Below, one piece after another: positions 28,422 through 36,408 of a stretch of DNA of 64,000 nucleotides. The stretch's first letter is position 1, and each line of letters begins with the position of its first letter. Origin of the DNA: Acidimicrobiales bacterium (lineage in GTDB: Bacteria; Actinomycetota; Acidimicrobiia; Acidimicrobiales; JAJPHD01); the NCBI GenBank assembly GCA_039583695.1, contig JAVKSL010000001.1, positions 10,926 through 74,925 on the forward strand, written 5' to 3'. The notes beneath the pieces were generated by a model. It saw nothing but the letters and a program-made list of their open reading frames with translations, made no database searches and was not told the origin of the DNA. The position numbers and the translations under genes are program-made.

Positions 28422-28656
28422 AAGAATCCTCCGTCCTCGTCGTGCCAAGTAGTCCTGCTTCAGCAAAGTTCCGCTGAGCAGAAGCCATCAGCTCCAAGGA
28501 GCAGTTCGGGTCGTGGCCCGCCGGAGCTTCATCCGACACGGGCATGGTAGCAGTCGGGCGCCCATCGCGCGTAGATCGGCGAACAGAGTACCTTTGACCC
28601 CACATGACACGCCCACGCATCTACCGGGAGCGACTCGCTACGCTCGGGGGGACGGG

Positions 28657-30120
28657 GTGAGCAGGCGCCAGGTGCGCCCCACATCGACGAGCAACTTCGG
28701 GGTGGGCGCTCGCGAGGCTCACGACGCCTCTGCTTTCTACGCTCGCTTCAGCCCCAAGGATGTAACCACCGACGAGGAGCTCGCCGAGCCGTTCGAGCTG
28801 GCCCAACCGCTCGTCTGCGGCGACTCGCGGGCTCTCGACCTGCCGGATAGATCCGTGGCCCTGGTGGTCACCTCACCCCCGTACTTCGCCGGCAAGGAGT
28901 ACGAGGAGGCACTGGGCCAAGGAGTTATCCCCGCCACCTACGTCGAGTACCTCACTCTACTGAGCCAGGTCTTCGCCGAGTGCCTGCGGGTCCTCGAGCC
29001 CGGAGGGCGGATCGCGGTCAATGTCGCCAACCTCGGCCGGCGACCGTACCGGTCGCTGTCCGCTGACGTAGTGCGCATCCTCGACGACGATCTGGGCATG
29101 CTGCTTCGCGGCGAGATAATCTGGAAGAAGGCCGACGGTGCAGCTGGGTCCTGTGCCTGGGGCTCGTACCGCTCGCCGGCCAATCCGGTCTTGCGCGACA
29201 TCAGCGAGCGGGTGATCGTCGCCTCCAAGGGGCGCTTTGACCGAGCCGTCGATATCGACGAGCGTCGTGCGCAGGGTCGCCCGCACCTGTCGTCGATCTC
29301 GGCCGACGAGTTCCTGGAGGCCACCCTCGACGTTTGGGACATCCGTCCGGAGTCCGCCAGACGGGTTGGGCACCCCGCTCCCTTCCCGGTCGAGCTGCCA
29401 CAACGACTCATCGAGCTTTACACCTTCAGAGACGACCTGATCCTCGACCCGTTCCTCGGGTCCGGCACGACAGCGGTCGCGGCGGTGCGCACCGGGCGGC
29501 GTTACGTGGGCTACGAGACCGATCCCGCCTACGTGAGCATCGCCCGGCAGCGAGTGGCCAAGGAGCAGATGCTGCTGGCGGCCAAGGTGGCACCGCAGGC
29601 GAGCTTGCCGATCTACCCCTCGCAGTCCCCCGCCACGTCTCGCTTGATTGAGCAGGGTAAGGCAGCGCAGGCGTTGGCCGTCGACATCGTGACCGAGGCC
29701 GGTTTCGAGATGCTCGAAGCCGATCACCGGATCCCAGGTGTCGGGATCCTCGTCAGTCTCGTCGCCCGCGACGCCGACTGCGCCGAATGGTATTTCGACG
29801 TGACCGGGGCCTTCACCTCGACCCGGAGCGGCCTTGTGCGCACCGACGCACTCTGGAAGTGCCTGGGACGAGCAAGCGTCCTCAAGGCTCGTGGCATCCA
29901 ACCGGTTGTGTTGCTCTCGTCCCACCTCCCACCGCAGCGCAGCACGGGAGACCAAGCGCTGCGTAGCGTCGGACCTAGCGGTATCCACGATGTCATGAGC
30001 ATGCTCAACGGCGCCGATCGTCAGCGCCTCGCGACCTACGCCGCTGGCGGCCATCGCAGCCGGCCCCTACCCGGCTTCTGGAGAGCGGCTGACCTCGGCC
30101 CAGCCCGCCCCCAGCCTTAG
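28657..30120 (+). CDS. Solitary beta-class (N4-C / N6-A) DNA methyltransferase with a ~170-aa C-terminal domain of unknown function
   Basis: Motif IV VVTSPPYF precedes motif I ILDPFLGSGTT, which is the beta-class order. Start placed at GTG 28657, which follows GGGGGGA; the tracked ORF begins at 28513. No endonuclease gene is adjacent. Confidence 0.85.
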   Translation: MSRRQVRPTSTSNFGVGAREAHDASAFYARFSPKDVTTDEELAEPFELAQPLVCGDSRALDLPDRSVALVVTSPPYFAGKEYEEALGQGVIPATYVEYLTLLSQVFAECLRVLEPGGRIAVNVANLGRRPYRSLSADVVRILDDDLGMLLRGEIIWKKADGAAGSCAWGSYRSPANPVLRDISERVIVASKGRFDRAVDIDERRAQGRPHLSSISADEFLEATLDVWDIRPESARRVGHPAPFPVELPQRLIELYTFRDDLILDPFLGSGTTAVAAVRTGRRYVGYETDPAYVSIARQRVAKEQMLLAAKVAPQASLPIYPSQSPATSRLIEQGKAAQALAVDIVTEAGFEMLEADHRIPGVGILVSLVARDADCAEWYFDVTGAFTSTRSGLVRTDALWKCLGRASVLKARGIQPVVLLSSHLPPQRSTGDQALRSVGPSGIHDVMSMLNGADRQRLATYAAGGHRSRPLPGFWRAADLGPARPQP

Positions 30121-30222
30121 GGCCTGGCAGAGAACAACCTGGGCGGCGGGCACAGCTATAGCCCTGATGAGGACCGCATTGAGCAGCGTCGCCGCCCAGG
30201 TTGTTCTCGTACAGGCCCTTAG
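30116..30222. repeat. 107-nt palindromic element, copy 2 (33-nt arms, 41-nt loop) between the convergent methyltransferase and hemD-regulator genes
   Basis: The left arm is CTTAGGGCCTGGCAGAGAACAACCTGGGCGGCG (30116-30148). The right arm is CGCCGCCCAGGTTGTTCTCGTACAGGCCCTTAG (30190-30222). 29/33 positions are complementary. Both flanking stop codons (TAG 30118-30120; TAA complement 30219-30221) lie in the arm tips. Confidence 0.8.
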
Positions 30223-31340
30223 CGAGGCTGCTGGTCGTCCAGGCAGAACCGGTAGCCCCGACCGGAGACGGCCTGCAACCCGCCACCTGCGGGACCAAGC
30301 CGGCGCCGGAGGCGGCTAACGGCTACCTCGAGGAGGTGGGGATCGGTGTTGGCGCATCCCCAGACCCCGGCGAGCAAGACCTCCCGGCCTACAACCGCGC
30401 CTGGCTTGCGGGTCAGCATGCCCAGGATCGTCCGCTCCTTCGGCGTCAGCTGCTCGACGGCACCGTCGAACTCTATCGCCCCGCCTTGGACGACCATCTC
30501 GTGGCCGGAGAGCCGGTAGGAGCGCCGGCTCTGGCTCAAGTGGTCGCCGAGAGCGCGCACGAGCAACCCCAGCCGGCCGAGCGGGGGTGTCAGCGGGTCC
30601 TCGATGCCCTCGGCCCGTGCCCCTCCGGCGCAGACCGGCCCCACGCAGGCGGCCAGCACGGAGCCACCATTGAATGCATCCCGGAGCTGTGCCGCCTCGT
30701 GCTGGGCCATCGCGAACAGATTGTGCACCGCCGGAGCGCTGGTGAAGGTGATCGCGTCGAGGCGACCAGCACACGCAGCCTTCACCAGGCGAAGGGCGGG
30801 CTCGGTGTCAGTGGGGAGACGCCACCGGTACACGGGCACGGACACGACCTCGGCTCCGGCATCGCTCAGGACCTTCACCAGCTCCGGGCTCTCCATGCCG
30901 TACTCCTGCACCGCCACCCGTCGATCCCGGAGTGGCTCAGCCAGGAGGATCTCGACCAGCGCGTCCATCCGCTCGGTCGGGGAGCTCTGCCACACGCCGA
31001 TACCCCCGATATGCAGGGCGGCGGCGGACTTGGGCCCGCGAGCAACGGTACGGGCCTGCCCGAGCGCAGCGACCAGCTGGGCACCGAGGCCCCACGTCGT
31101 CGCAGTGTCCAACCACGCCCGTACCCCGATTCCGGTCGTGGCGACCAGGTAGTCCGGGGGCGCCTCGATGATCGCCAGCGTCGCACGGCGCAGGTTCTCG
31201 TCCGAGGCCAGGTAAGAAGTGGTGATGCTGGCGCCGTGAACGATCGAGGCCCCCCGGCGTGACAGCAACTCGGCCTGCTCCTCCCAACGACGGTCGGCGG
31301 TGATCCCGATCACGAAGCCGTCGAGCGGACGCAGCGACAT
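30219..31340 (-). CDS. Uroporphyrinogen-III synthase (HemD) domain fused to an OmpR/PhoB-type winged-helix DNA-binding domain
   Basis: An N-terminal HemD-like two-lobe domain. C-terminal ...VEQLTPKERTILGMLTRKPGAVVGREVLLAGVWG...EVAVSRLRRRLG...VSGRGYRF Trans_reg_C signature. Confidence 0.85.
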   Translation of the reverse strand: MSLRPLDGFVIGITADRRWEEQAELLSRRGASIVHGASITTSYLASDENLRRATLAIIEAPPDYLVATTGIGVRAWLDTATTWGLGAQLVAALGQARTVARGPKSAAALHIGGIGVWQSSPTERMDALVEILLAEPLRDRRVAVQEYGMESPELVKVLSDAGAEVVSVPVYRWRLPTDTEPALRLVKAACAGRLDAITFTSAPAVHNLFAMAQHEAAQLRDAFNGGSVLAACVGPVCAGGARAEGIEDPLTPPLGRLGLLVRALGDHLSQSRRSYRLSGHEMVVQGGAIEFDGAVEQLTPKERTILGMLTRKPGAVVGREVLLAGVWGCANTDPHLLEVAVSRLRRRLGPAGGGLQAVSGRGYRFCLDDQQPR

Positions 31341-31464
31341 TGTCCGGTCGACTCTAGGGGGCCAGCTGTGACCGGCGAGTTTCGTAGGGATTGCGACTTG
31401 GAGAAATTAGTCCTGAGCGGAGCCCGACCACCGCCATCTCCGGCCGGCGGAAGGCTTGTAAGAC

Positions 31465-31492
31465 CTCACATTGCCTCTCCCGCCATTGTGAG
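31465..31492. promoter_or_regulatory. Inverted repeat in the divergent hemD-regulator / narK intergenic region (candidate operator)
   Basis: CTCACATTG-N10-CATTGTGAG (8/9 complementary), about 70 nt upstream of narK. Confidence 0.3.
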
Positions 31493-31559
31493 CGACCTGA
31501 CCACCAGGGTTCATGGCCCGGCAATGACTCGAACACATTGACAGGCTTGGCTTTCGGCC

Positions 31560-33137
31560 ATGAGCACAACGGTCGACCGCCAGAGCCCCCTCAGCGTCTC
31601 GGACCGGCTGGAGCCCCCGCCCGTCGGGCGCCGGCATGGTTCGCGTGGTCACTGGATCGATCACTGGGATCCCGACGACCAGGCCTTCTGGGAGAGCCAG
31701 GGCAGGAGGATCGCCCGCAGGAACCTCGCCCTTTCCATGTTCACCGACCACGTCGGCTTCTCGATCTGGGTAGTGTGGACGATCGTCGTCCTCAACCTGG
31801 CCGACGTTGGCATAGCGCTCCCGGTATCCCAGCTGTTCGTGCTGACCCTCGTCCCCAACCTGATCGGCTCGATCCTGAGAGTTCCCTACACCTTCGCCAT
31901 CCCCCGCTTCGGCGGTCGGGCGTGGACCACCATGAGCGGAGTTCTGTTGTTGCTCCCGGCCCTGCTGCTCGCATTCTTGGTGCCTAGCGGCTGGCTGGCC
32001 GGCCAGGGCCACAGCGCCCAGGATTGGATACTGTTCGGCTGCGCCGCCACCGCTGGCGTCGGGGGCGGGAACTTCGCTTCTTCGATGGCCAACATCTCGT
32101 TCTTCTACCCCGAGAGCAAGAAGGGCTGGGCGCTAGGACTCAACGCGGCTGGCGGGAACCTGGGCGTGGCAAGCGCTCAGCTGCTCGTGCCGCTGGTGGT
32201 GATCATCGGCATCCCCGCAGCCACGATCAGGCTCGCTAAGCACCCGGTGCATCTCTCCTACGCCGGCCTGGTGTTCCTTCCCTTCATCATCTTGGCGGCC
32301 ATCGGTGCGTGGGCATGCATGGACAGCCTCACCCAGGCCAAGGCCGATACCAGCGCCTACAAGGCCGCCCTGCGGTACTCCCAGACCTGGGTCATATCAC
32401 TTCTGTACATCGGGACCTTCGGCTCGTTCATCGGCTTTTCCTTCGCGCTGCCGCTGGTGATCAAGAACACGTTCCCCGAATTCCTGGCGCACCACGTGTT
32501 CATCGCCACCTACCTGGGTGGTCTCGGGTTCATAGGGGCGCTGGTCGGGTCGCTGTCCCGCCCGGTGGGTGGCCGCCTGGCCGACCGGGTCGGCGGGTCC
32601 CGGGTCACTCTCGCTATGTTCGCCGGGATGGCGATTGCCACCCTCAGCGCCATCGTGGGGGTCGAGAACCGCAACTTCGGCCTATTCTTCGCTTCCTACA
32701 TGGCGGTCTTCCTGCTCGCTGGGATGGGCAACGGCTCCACCTACAAGATGATCCCGTCCATCTTCGCCGCGCTCGGCAAGGCCGAGGGCAAAGCCGAGGG
32801 CGCCGACGCCCGGGTCACCTCCGTTGAGTACAAGCGCCGGGCTGCGTCGGTCATCGGCATTGCCGGCGCTATCGGCGCCTTTGGAGGGGTGCTGATCCAG
32901 CTTGCGTTCCACCAGTCGAGCCTGGGCATCTCCGCATTGGAGGCAGCCGCCAAAACCCCCGCCGCGAAGGTGGCCGTTGCCGCCGCCCACTCCAACTGGT
33001 CGGTTCCCGCTCTGTGGGCGTTCATCGCCACCTATGTCATCCTCGCCGGCCTCACCTGGGCCGTGTACATCCGTCGCCAGTCGTCCCTCGCCGGCAGCGA
33101 CCTCGAGGGCGTCGTCGCCCCGCTGGGGGCCTCGTAG
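31560..33137 (+). CDS. narK: MFS nitrate/nitrite transporter (NNP family, NarK/NasA-like)
   Basis: GGGNFASSMANISFFYPESKKGWALGLNAAGGNLGVA NNP signature in a 12+ TM MFS layout. Confidence 0.9.
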   Translation: MSTTVDRQSPLSVSDRLEPPPVGRRHGSRGHWIDHWDPDDQAFWESQGRRIARRNLALSMFTDHVGFSIWVVWTIVVLNLADVGIALPVSQLFVLTLVPNLIGSILRVPYTFAIPRFGGRAWTTMSGVLLLLPALLLAFLVPSGWLAGQGHSAQDWILFGCAATAGVGGGNFASSMANISFFYPESKKGWALGLNAAGGNLGVASAQLLVPLVVIIGIPAATIRLAKHPVHLSYAGLVFLPFIILAAIGAWACMDSLTQAKADTSAYKAALRYSQTWVISLLYIGTFGSFIGFSFALPLVIKNTFPEFLAHHVFIATYLGGLGFIGALVGSLSRPVGGRLADRVGGSRVTLAMFAGMAIATLSAIVGVENRNFGLFFASYMAVFLLAGMGNGSTYKMIPSIFAALGKAEGKAEGADARVTSVEYKRRAASVIGIAGAIGAFGGVLIQLAFHQSSLGISALEAAAKTPAAKVAVAAAHSNWSVPALWAFIATYVILAGLTWAVYIRRQSSLAGSDLEGVVAPLGAS

Positions 33138-33146
33138 CGCAGGCCC

Positions 33147-33356
33147 TTAGTGGTCCGGGTTGTAAATTCGATTACGTATCTTCGAGGCCCGTGCACTACG
33201 GCCCGTCAGGCCGCGTGCGGGTAGTCCGGCTTCTCGGCGAACGATCTTGGCCCAGACGACCTCTCGATACGGCGACGTATAGCGCCGAGCCCTGGCCTCC
33301 AGTACTCGACGTTGATCGGCGGTGAGAACCAGCACGTACGGGCTCTTCCTGGGCAT
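33147..33356 (-). mobile_element. Remnant of an IS630-like transposase 5' end (about 35 conserved codons, then divergence)
   Basis: MPRKSPYVLVLTADQRRVLEARARRYTSPYREVVWAKIV matches the HTH-containing N-terminus seen in actinobacterial IS630-type transposases. No catalytic part is present. Confidence 0.45.
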
Positions 33357-34055
33357 AGGTTCCCCTCTCTGGGGGAACCTGACGTCCTGGGCGGCCCAGA
33401 GCGTACGGAAGCTCTCGCTGCGGGTGGAGAGCTCTCCGATGAGGTCGGTGAGGGCCTTGTTGTACGGATCTCGCCCGGCTTCGGTGCGCAGAAGCGCGAC
33501 GGTGGTGTGGGCGGACTCGTCGAAGTCGGGGTAGAGCTGGTGGGCGGCGGGATCGAGGAACCGGAACCGGGCCAGGTTCACCGGGCGGGCCGAGCGGGCG
33601 AACGCCGGTGCGTAGAGGGCTTCGCCGAGCGGGTTGATGGCGAGGATGTCGAGTCGGCCGTTTCGGACGAAGGCGGGGGTGTTGGCCATGCCGTCGAGGA
33701 TGAGTTGCACGGCGGGCCGGACCTGGTGCGCCACGCGGCGTCTGGCCCGGGTCGGGCTGGTGTTGGCGGCGGTGGCCAGGTTGGCCAGGTACAGGCGTTC
33801 GGCCTCGTCGAGTTGCAGGGCGGCGGCGATGGCGTCGAGGACGCTGTCGGAGACACCGGTGAGGTTCCCCTTTTCCAGGCGGGTGTAGTAGTCGACGCTG
33901 ACCCCAGCGAGCATGGCGGTCTCTTCGCGGCGTAGGCCGGGGACGCGGCGGTTGGCGCCGTAGATCGTCAAGCCGGCCTGGGCGGGGGTGATCTTGGCCC
34001 GTCGGCTGACGAGGAAGTCGCGGACCTCGCTGCGGTTGCTGGTCACGCCCCCCAT
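33147..34055 (-). pseudogene. XRE-HTH / MmyB-like regulator whose C-terminus is replaced by a transposase N-terminal fragment
   Basis: The HTH (RREETAMLAGVSVDYYTRLEKG) and MmyB-like domain run up to ...RTLWAAQDVRF. The frame then continues into MPRKSPYVLVLTADQRRVLEARARRYTSPYREVV..., typical of IS630-type orfA N-termini. Confidence 0.55.
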
Positions 34056-34139
34056 GCTATGGACCGACGGGGCGCCCTGGGAGGTTCTGTCGTAACCCGG
34101 AACAACGTGACCTGCCGCCTCGCCGGGAGAAGGGGTTGA

Positions 34140-35233
34140 ATGGCTGGCGTGACCACTTCGACCGCGACGGCCAGCCTCGTGACGGCAGAGCGCTCGGGCC
34201 CGGGCCCGGGGTGGTCGCTCGCTGCGGCGCTGCTGGGGTTCTTCGTGGTGACCCTGGACGCGGTGATCGTCAACGTGGCCCTTCCGCGCATCAGCACCGA
34301 CCTGCACAGCTCGATGAGCGGCCTGCAGTGGGTGGTCGACAGCTACACCTTGATGTTCGCGGCCTTGCTGCTGTCGTCGGGCTCGCTGTCGGACCGGGTC
34401 GGGGCCCGCCGGGCCTTCGGCGCCGGGATGGCCGTCACGCGGCCCCGTTCGATTGGTCAGGCCAAGTCTTCGCCGTGTTGGGCATTGGCGGCCTCACCTA
34501 CGGCGCCATCGAGACCGGCGCAGCGGGGATCGGTTCCCCCCGGGTGCTCGCCGCGTTCGGGGTTGCCCTCGTCGCCTTGGCCGGGTTCTTCGCCCTCCAA
34601 GCCCGGGGACGGCACCCGATGATGCCGCTCGACCTCTTCCGGTCCCGGACGGTCAGCGTGGCAGTGGCCACCGGGTTCGCGTTCATGGTCGGCTACTACG
34701 GCCTTCCGTTTGTCATGAGCCTGTACCTCCAGCAGCTGCGGGGCCTCTCCGCCTTGGAGACCGGGGTGGCGTTCCTGCCGATGATGCTGATCGGTGCGCT
34801 ACTCACCCCCTTCGTCGCCCGGCTCGCTGAGCGCTTCGGCGCCCGCACCCTGATCACCACCGGTCTGGTGGCCATGACCGCCGGACTCGCAGTGATCGCG
34901 GTGATGCCAGCCGCCACCCCGGTGGTCTGCCTTGCCCTCCTCATGGTTCTGGTCGGGCTGGCCGGACCGTTCGTGATGCCGCCAATCATGGGCCTGCTCC
35001 TCCAAGCCGTCCCGAACCGGCGTGCCGGCGTGGCCAGCGGGGTATTCAACAGCGGCCGCCAGGTCGGCGGGGCCCTTGCCGTCGCCGTGTTCGGAGCCTT
35101 CCTGGCGCACCGGGCGACGTTCCTCCACGGGCTGCGGGCGAGCTTGCTCATCGCCGCTGCCGTCTCGCTCGCCACCGCCGGAGTGAGCCTGCTGATCAAG
35201 CCCCCGACCCCTGAAGGAGCAGCCAAACGATGA
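34140..35233 (+). pseudogene. DHA2-family MFS transporter with an internal deletion and frame change
   Basis: The N-terminal ~97 aa (LDAVIVNVALPRISTDLHSSMSGLQWVVDSYTLMFAALLLSSGSLSDRVGARRAF) are in the frame of ORF 34140. The C-terminal ~258 aa (VFAVLGIGGLTYGAIE...) are in the frame of ORF 34136..35233. About TM3-TM6 are missing. Confidence 0.65.
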
Positions 35234-35606
35234 CGGCTTGGACAGCCGTTGAGCTCGACGCCATTGGTTCGACCGGTGAGGTGACCATCACGCCCCGCCG
35301 TGCCGACGGCTCTCTCCGCTCCGCGGTGCCGATCTGGGTTGTGCGGGTCGGAGACGACATCTACGTCCGCTCCTACCGGGGCCGGGACGGGGCATGGTAT
35401 CGGTACGCCGTTGCGCAGGGGAGCGCGCATATTCGGGCTGGCGGCGTCGAACGCGACGTCACCGTGACCCCGACCGGCCCGTCGACGCGAGCGGCGGTCG
35501 ACGACGCCTACCGAGACAAGTGCCGCACTCTGGCCGCACCTACGTGGAGCCGATGGTCGCCGACGCCGCAGCCGGGGCCACCCTCCGCCTCACCCCCACC
35601 GACTGA
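35230..35606 (+). pseudogene. DUF2255-family protein, frameshifted near 35520
   Basis: WVVRVGDDIYVRSYRGRDGAWYRYA...DDAYRDK is in one frame. The conserved C-terminus YVEPMVADAAAGATLRLTPTD is in the frame of ORF 35394..35606. Confidence 0.6.
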
Positions 35607-35618
35607 AAGGAAAAAGCC

Positions 35619-35978
35619 ATGGCACAGTCCCAAGACCCGAAGCCCGATCAGACCAAGGGGTCCTCGGGTGCCCAGAAGATGTTCGGTGACTTCGCCCCCA
35701 CGCTGGTGGAACTCACCGACGAGACGCTGTTCGGGAAGGTCTGGACCCGCAGTGAGCTGTCACCCAAGGAGCGCAGCCTGGTGACCGTCGCGGCGCTCAC
35801 CACCGCTGGGAACACCGAGCAACTGGTCTACCACCTCGGTCTGGCCAAACAGAACGGCAACACCGAGACCGAGCTGATCGAGGCCATCACCCACCTGGCG
35901 TTCTACGCCGGATGGCCCAAGGCCATGTCGGCCATGGCCGTCGCCAAGCAGGTCTTCACCGAAAAGGAGAGCTCATGA
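35619..35978 (+). CDS. Carboxymuconolactone decarboxylase (AhpD-like) family protein
   Basis: FGKVWTRSELSPKERSLVTVAALTTAGNTEQLVYHL...HLAFYAGWPKAMSA. Confidence 0.85.
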   Translation: MAQSQDPKPDQTKGSSGAQKMFGDFAPTLVELTDETLFGKVWTRSELSPKERSLVTVAALTTAGNTEQLVYHLGLAKQNGNTETELIEAITHLAFYAGWPKAMSAMAVAKQVFTEKESS

Positions 35979-36394
35979 ACATCGAACCCAAGCACCCCAC
36001 GGTCAAGGGCCCGGCGGCCTGGTTCACCGGGGACGTGTACATCGACCCCGTCCACACCCGCAAAGCCGAGCCTTCCCGGATGGCCTGTGGCTGCATGCAC
36101 TTCACCCCCGGCGCCCGCACCGCCTGGCACTCCCACGCCGTCGGCCAGACCCTCCTCATCACCGAAGGCGTCGCGCTGCTCGGCACCCGTGACGGGACCG
36201 TGATCGTGGCACGCCCCGGCCAGGTCGTCTACACCCCACCGGGCGAGGAGCACTGGCACGGCGCCGCCCCCGAGAGCTTCATGGTGCACCTCGCCCTCTA
36301 CGAGGGCACCGCCGACGGCGACGGCGCCAGCTGGCTCGAACACGTCACCGACGAGCAGTACAACGCCGCCGCGGCGGCGGTCACCGCTGCCTGA
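35975..36394 (+). CDS. Cupin-domain protein
   Basis: MNIEPKHP...FTPGARTAWHSHAVGQTLLITEG...PPGEEHWHGA cupin motifs. ATG 35975 overlaps the upstream TGA. Confidence 0.8.
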   Translation: MNIEPKHPTVKGPAAWFTGDVYIDPVHTRKAEPSRMACGCMHFTPGARTAWHSHAVGQTLLITEGVALLGTRDGTVIVARPGQVVYTPPGEEHWHGAAPESFMVHLALYEGTADGDGASWLEHVTDEQYNAAAAAVTAA

Positions 36395-36408
36395 AAGGAG
36401 CAACCATC

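Noticed and set aside
28513-28656. The N-terminal 48-aa extension of the methyltransferase ORF.
   Set aside because: The extension is not conserved-looking (RHGHGSSRAPIARRS...). An internal GTG at 28657 has a G-rich ribosome-binding site and precedes the conserved TSNFGVG...HDASAFYARF block.
33147-34307. The 386-aa tracked ORF as one protein.
   Set aside because: The first 84 residues are Arg/His-rich non-coding-like extension upstream of a good ATG (34055). The last 69 residues are a transposase fragment.
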